Shown here piece after piece: positions 48,374 through 56,962 of a stretch of DNA of 64,000 bases (position 1 is the stretch's first letter; each line of letters opens with the position of its first letter). Location: the NCBI GenBank assembly GCA_965223155.1, contig CBDCVR010000015.1, positions 448,001 through 512,000 on the forward strand. The letters are read 5' to 3'. The notes under the pieces were generated by a model, which was given only the letters and a program-made list of their open reading frames with translations, did not search any database and was not told where the DNA came from. Made by a program: the position numbers and the translations under genes. This DNA comes from Candidatus Multivoradales bacterium. Its GTDB lineage: Bacteria > Acidobacteriota > Thermoanaerobaculia > Multivoradales > JAHEKO01.

Positions 48374-48960
48374 AGTAGATCCTCGATGTCGTCCCGCAAT
48401 GCGCGGCGCAGCTTCTTCATGGCCAGTAGGGTTCTCGTCTTGACGGTTCCCAGCGGGGTCTCGGTGGCCTGGGCGATCTCGTTCTGGGTCATGCCACCGA
48501 AGAACGCCATCTCCAACACCTGCCTCTGCTCCACCGGAAGCCGGGCCAGCTCTTCGTCGAGACGCCGGCGCCGTTCACCCAGGAATACGGCACCGACTCC
48601 CTCGGGGGATGTATGCAGATTGCGCTTCTCGCGCTGCACCTCCTGAACGGTCCGGTCCTTGACCTTGCGGCTGCGCAGCCGGTCGATGGCCCTGCTGCGC
48701 GTGATCAGAACCAACCAGGTCGAAACCGACGCGCGGCCCGTATCGTAGCGCTGCGCCTGTCTCCAGACCTGGAGAAACACCTCCTGGAGAATCTCCTCCC
48801 CATCCGAGCGGTTCCCCAGGATCTTGGTGGCAAGTCCCAGGAGCATGCCCGAGTACCGGTCGTAGAGTTCGGCGAGCGCGCCCGCGTCTCCCGCCGCCAA
48901 ACGCCGCACCAACTCCGCTTCCGGCGAAGCTTCACGATCCGCCGGTTTCGAAGTCGTCAT
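48370..48960 (-). CDS. ECF sigma factor (SigK-like)
   Basis: LYDRYS, QEVFLQVW, RSRAIDRLR, PLGTVKTR. Confidence 0.92.
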   Translation of the reverse strand: MTTSKPADREASPEAELVRRLAAGDAGALAELYDRYSGMLLGLATKILGNRSDGEEILQEVFLQVWRQAQRYDTGRASVSTWLVLITRSRAIDRLRSRKVKDRTVQEVQREKRNLHTSPEGVGAVFLGERRRRLDEELARLPVEQRQVLEMAFFGGMTQNEIAQATETPLGTVKTRTLLAMKKLRRALRDDIEDLL

Positions 48961-49001
48961 CCGGATTCCGGGTCCCGTTTCGGTACGATAGCATGCAGAA
49001 A

Positions 49002-49538
49002 ATGAGCGCGAGAAAGCCGCCGATCGCGGTCGTGGGAGGGGCATCGGCGGACGCGGAAACCGCTGCTCTCGCCTTCCAGGTAGGCCGGGGAATCGTCGAT
49101 CGAGGAGGCGTGGTGCTCTGCGGCGGCCGGAGCGGGGTCATGGAACACGCCGCCCGGGGCGCGGCCGAGGCCGGCGGCCAAGCCGTGGGCATCCTGCCGG
49201 GGCGCAACGCCCGGGAGTCGCCGCCGAACCCCCACCTTTCGCTGGCTCTCTTCACCGGTCTCGGCCAGGCTCGCAATCAGGTCCTCGTGCTCTCGGCGGG
49301 CGCCGTCATCGCCATCGGCGGCGGCTGGGGTACCGTTTCGGAGATCGCCCTGGCCTCGAAACACGGCATTCCCGTGGTCGCGCTCGGCGCTCCCGAGATT
49401 CGGTTCGGTCCGGCCTCGAACAACCCGGTGGACGCGCACCCCGATGCCTCCTCGGCTCCCGACTCACTACCGGCTCGGGCGGCCAGCGCCGCCGAAGCCG
49501 TCGATCTGGCCTTCAGCCTCTTGGAGACCTCCCGATGA
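49002..49538 (+). CDS. TIGR00725/LOG-like family protein
   Basis: [33 protein letters not shown]. Confidence 0.88.
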   Translation: MSARKPPIAVVGGASADAETAALAFQVGRGIVDRGGVVLCGGRSGVMEHAARGAAEAGGQAVGILPGRNARESPPNPHLSLALFTGLGQARNQVLVLSAGAVIAIGGGWGTVSEIALASKHGIPVVALGAPEIRFGPASNNPVDAHPDASSAPDSLPARAASAAEAVDLAFSLLETSR

Positions 49539-49981
49539 ACGATCGCGCGTCTTCCCGACCCGGCGGCGACCGCCGCCAGCCGGCCATCCGAGTGATGATG
49601 ATGCCTCGCGACACCAACGCGCTGGGCACGATCTTCGGCGGCATCATCCTGTCCTACATCGACCAGGCCGGAGCGGTCGATGCCTACCGGTTCGCCGATT
49701 GCCGCCTGGTCACCGTCGCCATGCGCGAGGTCGAGTTCCACCAGCCGGTGTTCGTGGGCGATCTGGTCAGCTTCTACGCCGACGTGACGCGGCTCGGGCG
49801 CACCTCGATCACGGTCAAGGTGGTCGTCGAAGCCGAGCGCCGGATTGACGAGATCGCCATCTCCGACAAGCAGCGGGTGCAGGTCACCAAGGCCGAAGTG
49901 GTCTACGTCCACGTGGACGAAGACGGCCGGCCGCGCCCCCTTCCCGAAGACGCCCACGACTCGTTCGACCGGACCGATTAG
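49535..49981 (+). CDS. Acyl-CoA thioesterase (hotdog, YciA-like)
   Basis: [26 protein letters not shown]. Confidence 0.9.
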   Translation: MNDRASSRPGGDRRQPAIRVMMMPRDTNALGTIFGGIILSYIDQAGAVDAYRFADCRLVTVAMREVEFHQPVFVGDLVSFYADVTRLGRTSITVKVVVEAERRIDEIAISDKQRVQVTKAEVVYVHVDEDGRPRPLPEDAHDSFDRTD

Positions 49982-49998
49982 ACCTGGGCCCGAAGCCG

Positions 49999-50028
49999 TC
50001 AGAGCTACTCAGAGCCAGTCAGAGCCAG
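49999..50028. repeat. Tandem 10-bp repeat (tcagagccag x3)
   Basis: tcagagctac tcagagccag tcagagccag between convergent genes. Confidence 0.7.
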
Positions 50029-50059
50029 CGGCGATCGCGTGTCTGCCGGGACGCGCCGG

Positions 50060-50641
50060 CTAGTTCTCGCAGCCGCTCGAGTAGGGGACATAGCACTGCC
50101 GGCAGCGGGCCTCGTAGGCCTCGATGTCCCCGACCAGCACCTGCGAGTCGCCACCCGCCGTGCGCTGGCTGTAGTGCGCGGCACCGCCGCATCGCACGCA
50201 AACCGCATGGGTCTTGTCGACGAACTCGGCCAGAGCCATGAGCTGCGGCATGGGACCGAAAGGCCGGCGCAGATAGTCCTGGTCGAGCCCGGCGACGATC
50301 ACCCGCAGGCCGGAATCGGCGAGCTCGGTGACCAGCTCGACCAGCTCCTCGTCGAAAAACTGGGCCTCATCGATGCCCACGACCTCGGTGTCGCCTTCCA
50401 GTGCGTCACGCAGATTGGCCGCACAGCTGACGCTTACCGCCGGGACCTCGCGGTCGTCTCGGGTAATGAGGCGCTCGGGCGGATGCCGGGTGTCTGAGGT
50501 GGGCTTGAAGACCTGGACCTTCTGCTGAGCGATCAACGCCCGCCCCAGCCGGCGGACGAGCTCCTCGCTCTTGCCCGAGAACATGCCCCCGGTGATGACT
50601 TCGATACGCCCGCTGGATCGATCGTGAAAGGTTCTCATCAT
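50060..50641 (-). CDS. tdk: Thymidine kinase
   Basis: GGMFSGKSEEL, IDEAQFF, AGLDQDY, CVRC, YEARCRQC. Confidence 0.95.
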   Translation of the reverse strand: MMRTFHDRSSGRIEVITGGMFSGKSEELVRRLGRALIAQQKVQVFKPTSDTRHPPERLITRDDREVPAVSVSCAANLRDALEGDTEVVGIDEAQFFDEELVELVTELADSGLRVIVAGLDQDYLRRPFGPMPQLMALAEFVDKTHAVCVRCGGAAHYSQRTAGGDSQVLVGDIEAYEARCRQCYVPYSSGCEN

Positions 50642-50773
50642 GGCGGCCGACTCCTCCTACCGGTCGGCGCGGCCGGGATGCTATCGCAGCCGTTCGACGG
50701 TGACCACGCCCCGGGGCCGCGCGCGAGAGCCCGGCCCAGCCCAAGACGAACGGGCCGTTCCCGATCCAATCGG

Positions 50774-50802
50774 TTGACTTGCCGGCGGGCGCTGGCTATC
50801 TT
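50774..50802 (+). promoter_or_regulatory. Probable sigma70 promoter of the A-type Fe-S carrier gene
   Basis: TTGACT-N17-TATCTT, then GAGGAG RBS and ATG at 50821. Confidence 0.55.
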
Positions 50803-50820
50803 GATCGCGAGGAGCATGCC

Positions 50821-51171
50821 ATGAGCGCCGTTACCACCGAGTTTCCGCTGCTGATCACGTCCAAGGCCGTCCAGATGGTGCGCGCGACCCTGGACTCCGA
50901 GGGCCTCGATCCGTCGTCCGGTCTGCGCGTCGCCGTCCGGGGCGGCGGCTGTAGCGGGTTCGAGTACGCCCTCGACTTCGAGATGGAGCCCCGCGAGAAC
51001 GACCTGACCAGTGATTTCGACGGCCTTCGGGTCTACGTGGATCCGGTGAGCGCCCGCTACCTCACGGGCACCGAGATCGACTACGTCCTGGGCCCGACCG
51101 GATCCGGCTTCAAGTTCAACAACCCCAACGCCAGCGGCAACTGCGGCTGCGGCTCGTCGTTTTCGGTCTAG
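50821..51171 (+). CDS. A-type Fe-S cluster carrier (IscA/ErpA/HesB)
   Basis: GGGCSGFEY, IDY, FKFNNPNA, CGCGSSF. Confidence 0.95.
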   Translation: MSAVTTEFPLLITSKAVQMVRATLDSEGLDPSSGLRVAVRGGGCSGFEYALDFEMEPRENDLTSDFDGLRVYVDPVSARYLTGTEIDYVLGPTGSGFKFNNPNASGNCGCGSSFSV

Positions 51172-51198
51172 CCGCTCCGGCTCTTGGAGCCTGGCCGC

Positions 51199-51227
51199 AG
51201 GGTCCCGGCCAGTAGGGTCCCGGCCAG
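51199..51227. repeat. Tandem duplication, 14-bp unit at 15-bp period
   Basis: agggtcccggccag-t-agggtcccggccag between convergent genes. Confidence 0.7.
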
Positions 51228-51236
51228 AAGATCCGG

Positions 51237-52391
51237 CTAGCCCGGGGGCTCGGCAGCGAACGAGACCACCCGGCACTCCAACTCGCCGGCCCGCAGGCGC
51301 GCGCCCTCGGCCAGGTGCCGGTGCGCGACCGCCAGGCCGAGCCAGGCGCCGCGCTCGGCCGACCAGGCCCAGGAGCCGAGCTCCACGCTGGACGTCTCCT
51401 TCGGGGTGGATGTCTCGGACCCTTCGGCGGATTCCTCGGCGGGGTCGTCACTAGGCTCGTCGGCAGCCGCTTCGGAGCCCTCTTCGTCACCGGCCGCGGG
51501 CTCTTCGATCGCGCTGAATCGAGTCGCAGGATCGAGCTCGGCCAACGGCGACCCCGCGCCGGCTTCCAGATCGAACTCGAGCCCCACCAAGCGCCGGTTG
51601 ACCTTGCCGCGGTAGTGGATCCGTGCGACCACCTCCTGTCCCAGGTAGCAGCCCTTCTGGTAGCTCACCGCCCGGTCTTCGAGGCCGGTCTCCTGGGGGA
51701 AATGGCGCCGGTCGAAGTCCACACCCCAGAGACCGACGCCACGTTCGACCCGGAGGCCTGTCGCGGCGGCGCCGCCGATCGGCGCCGCTCCGAGATCGGC
51801 GGCCGTGGCGGCGAGCGACCGGACCGACTCGGCCGGACCGGCCACCAGAATCGACGGCAGTCCGGTCCGAGCCCTCCCGGCCGGTCCTACGAAGAGGTCC
51901 TCGAACCCATCCGCCGCGGTCAGGACTCGCTCTCGTTCGGGCCCCACACACCGGATAGCGGCCCAGCCGGCGACCGCCTCGAGCGCCACGTCGTCGGTGA
52001 CCACGTACCTCGAGGCATGGGTTTGGATGGTGGCGGCGGTGCCCGGCGGAAGCTCGATCCAAAGCTCGTCCGAGGTCGCCAGGAAGAGACCCGACGCGAG
52101 AATCTTGCCCTTGGGGTCGGTGAGGAAACCGTACCGGGCCGCACCGGCCTCGAGCTCGCGCAAGTCACAGGTCACGAGACCGTTCAGGAACCGGTGCCGG
52201 TCGCGCCCGCGCACCCGGATCCAGTCGCCGAAGATCTCGAGCAGGCCCCAGGCCTCCAGAGCGGCGCTCCGCTCGTCCGCCAGGCGGGAACAAACCGTCG
52301 GCGGGGTCCAGAGACCGGCGAAGGCGCCGGCCGGGTCCACGGACGACTCCGGCCGGCACAGCTGACCCAAGACTGAGGCTGGTTGCTCCAT
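51237..52391 (-). CDS. ygfZ: YgfZ/GcvT-family folate-binding protein
   Basis: GRDRHRFLNGLVT, PQE, KGCYLGQEVVAR signature; start uncertain. Confidence 0.88.
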   Translation of the reverse strand: MEQPASVLGQLCRPESSVDPAGAFAGLWTPPTVCSRLADERSAALEAWGLLEIFGDWIRVRGRDRHRFLNGLVTCDLRELEAGAARYGFLTDPKGKILASGLFLATSDELWIELPPGTAATIQTHASRYVVTDDVALEAVAGWAAIRCVGPERERVLTAADGFEDLFVGPAGRARTGLPSILVAGPAESVRSLAATAADLGAAPIGGAAATGLRVERGVGLWGVDFDRRHFPQETGLEDRAVSYQKGCYLGQEVVARIHYRGKVNRRLVGLEFDLEAGAGSPLAELDPATRFSAIEEPAAGDEEGSEAAADEPSDDPAEESAEGSETSTPKETSSVELGSWAWSAERGAWLGLAVAHRHLAEGARLRAGELECRVVSFAAEPPG

Positions 52392-52523
52392 CGCGTGCGC
52401 CGCGCCGTCGGGCCGCTTCGCGCGTGCTTCCGACTCCGGTCCCGGCTCCGAAGCGAAGTCTACCCGCTCGGTCGTCGGCAGCGGCCGAGTTCCCCTTCGA
52501 GTTCGCCTACAATAGGCGCCGCC

Positions 52524-53396
52524 ATGGCCTCGAACGGAGTCCCCTTCGTCCTCGAACCGGTCGGCGATGCCGATGGGATCCAGGGCCCAATCCACGGCGC
52601 GATCCACCTACCCGAGACCGGGGAGCCGCGCCCGGCGGTCGTCGTCTGCCACGGCTTCAAGGGCTTCATGGATTGGGGCTTTCACCCGTATCTTGCGGAG
52701 CTCATCGCCGCGCGAGGCTATGTGGTGGTGCGCTGGAACCAGCCGAGCTCTGGCATGCGCCCGGGCGACGAGCGGGTCACCGACCTCGAAGCCTTTCACG
52801 ATCAGACCGTGAGTGCCGACGTCGAGGCTCTCGTGCGCGTCCTGGACGTACTCGGTACGGACCTGGCCCCCGGCCGCTTCGACGGGCGGATCGCGCTTGT
52901 CGGTCACAGCCGAGGAGGGGGCATCGCGCTTCTCGGCGCCGCCAACCCACGCCAGGCGGACCGGGTACGGGCGCTCGTCACCTGGGCTTCTCTTGCCACG
53001 TTCGATCGGCTCGACGCCGCCGAGAAGGACGCTTGGCGGGAAAGCGGCATCCTGACCATCGTCAATGGCCGCACAGGGCAGCGGCTCCCGATCGGACTCG
53101 CTGCCCTGGAGGACTTGGAACGTAACGCCGAGGCCCTGGACCTCGGAGCCGCAGCGAGCCGCCGCACAGCGCCCTGGTTGATCGTCCACGGCACCAACGA
53201 TGAGACGGTCCAGGTTCGGGAAGCCGACCTCTTGAACGACTCGGGAACCGGAACCATCGAGCTCTTGCGAATTCCGGAGGCATCCCACACCTTAGGTGCG
53301 GTGCATCCGTTTCGCGGCCCTACGCCGCATCTCATTCAAGCCATGAACGCAACCCAGACTTGGCTTCGGCGCCATCTGCCGACCGGCCAGGCCTGA
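52524..53396 (+). CDS. Alpha/beta hydrolase
   Basis: CHGFKGFMDWG, GHSRGG, HGTNDETV, ASHTL (complete triad). Confidence 0.9.
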   Translation: MASNGVPFVLEPVGDADGIQGPIHGAIHLPETGEPRPAVVVCHGFKGFMDWGFHPYLAELIAARGYVVVRWNQPSSGMRPGDERVTDLEAFHDQTVSADVEALVRVLDVLGTDLAPGRFDGRIALVGHSRGGGIALLGAANPRQADRVRALVTWASLATFDRLDAAEKDAWRESGILTIVNGRTGQRLPIGLAALEDLERNAEALDLGAAASRRTAPWLIVHGTNDETVQVREADLLNDSGTGTIELLRIPEASHTLGAVHPFRGPTPHLIQAMNATQTWLRRHLPTGQA

Positions 53397-53420
53397 AACC
53401 TCGCACGATCGGAGCTCTCC

Positions 53421-53762
53421 ATGGACATGCATCTCGACGGAGTCATCTTCCAGGGCCACGCGGCCGAGTTGGGACGCCGGATACACCACCCCCACCCGCC
53501 TTTCGCGGTGCTGGACATTCGTCCGGACGACGACTTCCGGAAGGCTCGCGTTCCCGGCAGCCGGCGAATCGCGCCGGGCGGCCTCGACGCTCTGCCCGAG
53601 GGCACGGACTCATCGACCGAGTTCTTCATCCTGGGGTCCGGTCCGGACGGGCTCCGGCCGGTCTCGACGGCCCTGCGGAACCTGGGAGCCCGGCGAGTCG
53701 TCGAGGTCCCGGGCGGGCTCTTGGAGTGGGCGCGCGAAGGCTTGCCTGTGGAAGACGGCTAG
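53421..53762 (+). CDS. Rhodanese-like domain protein (no catalytic Cys)
   Basis: VLDIR, VPGS, PGGLLEW..EGLPV. Confidence 0.8.
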   Translation: MDMHLDGVIFQGHAAELGRRIHHPHPPFAVLDIRPDDDFRKARVPGSRRIAPGGLDALPEGTDSSTEFFILGSGPDGLRPVSTALRNLGARRVVEVPGGLLEWAREGLPVEDG

Positions 53763-53790
53763 CGCGGCCGTCTCACGAGCATTCGCCCTG

Positions 53791-53850
53791 ACAGGCCTGA
53801 ATCGTCCGGGTCAGGCCGCGTCAGGCCGCGTCAGGCCGGGTCAGGCCTGT
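53791..53850. repeat. 10-bp tandem repeat plus inverted copy (possible bidirectional terminator)
   Basis: tcaggccgcg tcaggccgcg tcaggccggg tcaggcctgt; acaggcctga at 53791 is the exact reverse complement of the last unit. Confidence 0.7.
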
Positions 53851-54137
53851 TCCAGGCCGTACAGCGCGAGGATTTCGACTCCGGCGCCCCGGAGCCGGTA
53901 GCGGACGGTCACCCGGCGCAACTCGGCGGTTTCGAGATCTTCCAGCCGAGGCACCGGCAGAACTGCCAGCACCTCGCCCGTTTCGGCGTCCGCGAGGTCG
54001 GGTACCGGGCGTTTCGAAAGCTCCTGCCGCAGGACGTCGACAAGATCGCGCTCGTCCAGGAATGCGGCACGCAGGCGAGCCCGGATCTCGTCCGGAACCA
54101 ACACCTCCAACCGGCCCGCGCTCGCGCCGCCGGTCAC
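53841..54137 (-). CDS. Hypothetical protein
   Basis: 98 aa ORF starting 1 nt after the enoyl-CoA hydratase stop; normal composition. Confidence 0.55.
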   Translation of the reverse strand: MTGGASAGRLEVLVPDEIRARLRAAFLDERDLVDVLRQELSKRPVPDLADAETGEVLAVLPVPRLEDLETAELRRVTVRYRLRGAGVEILALYGLEQA

Positions 54138-54138
54138 G

Positions 54139-54933
54139 CTACGACTCTCTCCAGTTGGGGGCCGCCTTGCTCTCGAGAAAGGAAGCGATGCCCTTGCGGC
54201 AATCCGGCGTCGCCCGGGCGGCGGCGTTTTCCCGGGCCGCCAGCTCCAAGGCCTCGTCCAACGAGCGGCCCAAGAGGCTCAGGAGCAACGCCTTGGTGCG
54301 GGCGATCGACTCCGAGCTCGCCCGCGTCAGAATCTCGGTGGCCAGGGCCTCCGCCGCCTCGCCCTGGGTGCCTTCGTCCACGACCCGGTTGACCAGGCCG
54401 ATCTCGAGCGCCCTCTCGGCGCTCAAGAAAGCCGGACTGAGAAGTACTTCTCGTAGGTCGGAACCGCGCAGGCGCAACGGTAAGAACGTCGCCACCAGCG
54501 CAGCCACGAAGCCGATCCGCACCTCGCTGTACAGGAAGCGGGCATCCCGAGACGCCACCACGAAGTCGTGGGCCGTGGCCAGGCCGCAGCCTCCGGCTAC
54601 GCAAGCTCCCTGCACCGCGGCCACGGTCAGCGCCTCCTGGCGAAGAACCGCCTCGAAAAGCGAGCGCAGGGTCTGCGAGTCCTCGAGGTTGCGGCCGGGG
54701 CCGGCATCGCGCAGTGAGCGCAGGTGATCCAGATCGGCGCCAGCCGAAAAATGCTTGCCCGCGCCCTCCAAGATGACCGCCCGGATCCCCTCGCCGCGCA
54801 GATCCCGGCTGTAAAGCTCGGTCAGCCCGGCGACGAGCGCCGGAGACAGAGCATTGGCCCGCTCGGGATCGTTGAGGCGTACGAACAGCAGGTCGTCCGC
54901 GCGGCGTTCCAGGAGGCTGCCGGGTGAGCTCAT
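54139..54933 (-). CDS. liuC: Enoyl-CoA hydratase, probably methylglutaconyl-CoA hydratase
   Basis: FSAGADL, AGGCGL, SEVRIGF, EIGLVN; liu context. Confidence 0.85.
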   Translation of the reverse strand: MSSPGSLLERRADDLLFVRLNDPERANALSPALVAGLTELYSRDLRGEGIRAVILEGAGKHFSAGADLDHLRSLRDAGPGRNLEDSQTLRSLFEAVLRQEALTVAAVQGACVAGGCGLATAHDFVVASRDARFLYSEVRIGFVAALVATFLPLRLRGSDLREVLLSPAFLSAERALEIGLVNRVVDEGTQGEAAEALATEILTRASSESIARTKALLLSLLGRSLDEALELAARENAAARATPDCRKGIASFLESKAAPNWRES

Positions 54934-54940
54934 CCGTTCG

Positions 54941-55309
54941 CTACCGGATCAGCGACCAGAACACGCTGAAGATGCCCAGAAAACCGATCGCCACATAGGC
55001 GACCGCGGTCCAGGGATTCGGATCGCCGCTCAGCATCTCGGCCGTGAAGCCCTGGACAAAAACGCCCAGCAGTCCCGCGCCGATGAACTGCAAGAAGACG
55101 CCGCGCCGGCTGCGTCCCGCCGACCGGAGCCGGTGGTAGGAGTACTGGACGTCCTTCTTGAGCACGATGGGATGCTCCCGATCGCGGGCGGCGCCGACCG
55201 CGTCACGGATCAGCCTCTCGCCGTAGCGGCGGGTGTACTGAATCGTGAGATCGCGGGCGTTCTCGTGAAAGTTGATCTCGGGGTCTTCGCCCAGCAGGGG
55301 TACGCGCAC
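54941..55309 (-). CDS. Small protein with histone-fold-like N-terminus and two C-terminal TM helices
   Basis: FHENARDLTIQYTRRYGERLIRDAVGAARDREHPIVLKKDVQYS resembles histone alpha2-L2-alpha3; two hydrophobic segments follow; GAGGTG RBS. Confidence 0.6.
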   Translation of the reverse strand: MRVPLLGEDPEINFHENARDLTIQYTRRYGERLIRDAVGAARDREHPIVLKKDVQYSYHRLRSAGRSRRGVFLQFIGAGLLGVFVQGFTAEMLSGDPNPWTAVAYVAIGFLGIFSVFWSLIR

Positions 55310-55312
55310 GTT

Positions 55313-56707
55313 CTACACCTCGTAACGCCGAACCGGTGTCGCCGGCAGCGGCAGTTCCTCCGCGACCTGCTCGACGGCTCGGCGCAAGATATCTCGCTCG
55401 GTCCGGTTCAGATCCCGGGGCAAGCGCACTCCTCCCGAGACTTGGACCATGGTCAGAAGGATACCCAACAAGACGACCATCGCCAGGCTGAAGAGCGTGA
55501 TCGCGACCACCTCGCTACGAGCCGCCCACGCCGCCGGCAGGATCCGGACGAAGAGCGCCGCGATGCCCGAGGCCATCAGCATCGAAAACAAGCTAAACAA
55601 CACGGCGGCCCGGTTGGTCGGAGCGCGCAGAAACAAGCTCACCTGCTCCCGAGCCTCGTCGATGCGCTCGCCCATCGACAGCTCGCTCGGATGCTCCCCG
55701 CGCCCGATGAGCGACAACAACGAGCCCACCAGGTCGCTCAAGTTGAGATCTGCGACCACTCCCTCCGTGGCCTCGATCTCGGCGCGCCGCTGGGCCAGCT
55801 CGTCCAGGATGATCTTCGAAGGCGGCGGCGGGTCTCCCACGAAATTGGCCATCTGCGAAACCCGGCAGCCGGCCTCGATCAGCGGGGTGACGTCCATTCC
55901 GGTTTCGACTCCCAGACTCTGGAACATGCTCGCCAACTCTTCGGTGGCGATGTTACCGACCGAGTGGCGAACCGTGATGGCGCCGCCGATACCGCCGATC
56001 GAGGCGTCGAAAACACGCACCCCGGCCCGGTAGGCGACGTAGGCGTTGGTCACTCCCAGACCGCGCCGGTCGTGCAAGTGCACGCCGATCGGATCGAGAC
56101 CGAGGGTCGGCTCCAAAGAGCCCACGGTGCGCTCGATATCGACCGGAGTCGCCATGCCATCGGTATCCGAAAGAGCGATGGTCTCGCAACCCATCTCGAC
56201 CAACCGGCGACAGATGGCTTCCACCCGAGCCACCGGCATCAGACCGTCCGGCTCGTTCTTGTCACGGAAGGCATACGAAAGGTATCCGCGCAGCCGGTAG
56301 CCATCTCCCACCGCGGCTCGAGCCACCTCCTCGGCCGCGTCCAGGGCCTCGTCGACGCTCATTCGAGTATTGGCGCGCGAATAGGCTTCGGAGGCGGCGA
56401 CGAAGAGCGCCACGGTGTCGACGCGTTCCGCCTTGCGCAACTGCTCGTAGTACTCGAGCGTCGGCGCCAGAGCCGCGATCTGGCCGTCGTAGGCCGGCAT
56501 GCGACGCAGCAGCTCCGCCGTGTCCCGCATCGCCGGCACCACCCGCGGGTTCACGAAGGAGCCCACCTCGATATAGGGAACGCCGGATCGGATCAGAGCC
56601 TCGACCAACTGCAGCCGGGCCTCGATCGGAATCGCGGCATGACGGTTGAGAATCTGCATGCCGTCGCGCAACGACACATCGCAGATCTTGACTTCCGGAA
56701 CCGGCAT
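55313..56707 (-). CDS. HMG-CoA lyase-like (DRE-TIM) protein with C-terminal two-TM extension
   Basis: DVSLRDGMQ, EVGSFVNP, SDTDG, HLHD, GNIATE; GCP motifs absent; ~170 aa extension with two TM helices. Confidence 0.85.
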   Translation of the reverse strand: MPVPEVKICDVSLRDGMQILNRHAAIPIEARLQLVEALIRSGVPYIEVGSFVNPRVVPAMRDTAELLRRMPAYDGQIAALAPTLEYYEQLRKAERVDTVALFVAASEAYSRANTRMSVDEALDAAEEVARAAVGDGYRLRGYLSYAFRDKNEPDGLMPVARVEAICRRLVEMGCETIALSDTDGMATPVDIERTVGSLEPTLGLDPIGVHLHDRRGLGVTNAYVAYRAGVRVFDASIGGIGGAITVRHSVGNIATEELASMFQSLGVETGMDVTPLIEAGCRVSQMANFVGDPPPPSKIILDELAQRRAEIEATEGVVADLNLSDLVGSLLSLIGRGEHPSELSMGERIDEAREQVSLFLRAPTNRAAVLFSLFSMLMASGIAALFVRILPAAWAARSEVVAITLFSLAMVVLLGILLTMVQVSGGVRLPRDLNRTERDILRRAVEQVAEELPLPATPVRRYEV

Positions 56708-56962
56708 CTCAGGTTGCCGAGTCCCGCGCCGATCCCTACAAGGGCGCGAGCCCGGACCTGCGATCTTACCCCGGCCCGCGTCTCGAACCGGCATGGCCGG
56801 CGCGCCGCGCCGGGGCACGATTCCAAGGTGGCAAGTGGCGAACGATCAGGACCTGGGGTCGAGGGCAAGACGGACGGACTCCTTCCTACCGTCGAGGCTT
56901 CCCACGGAGCGAAACCACAGAATCCTGGGAGCGTCCGGCCGGGCCCAGGCAAGAGCGGGCGG

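Noticed and set aside
51395-51510. Acidic low-complexity insertion in YgfZ
   Set aside because: In frame and likely a disordered loop; no intein or mobile-element signature
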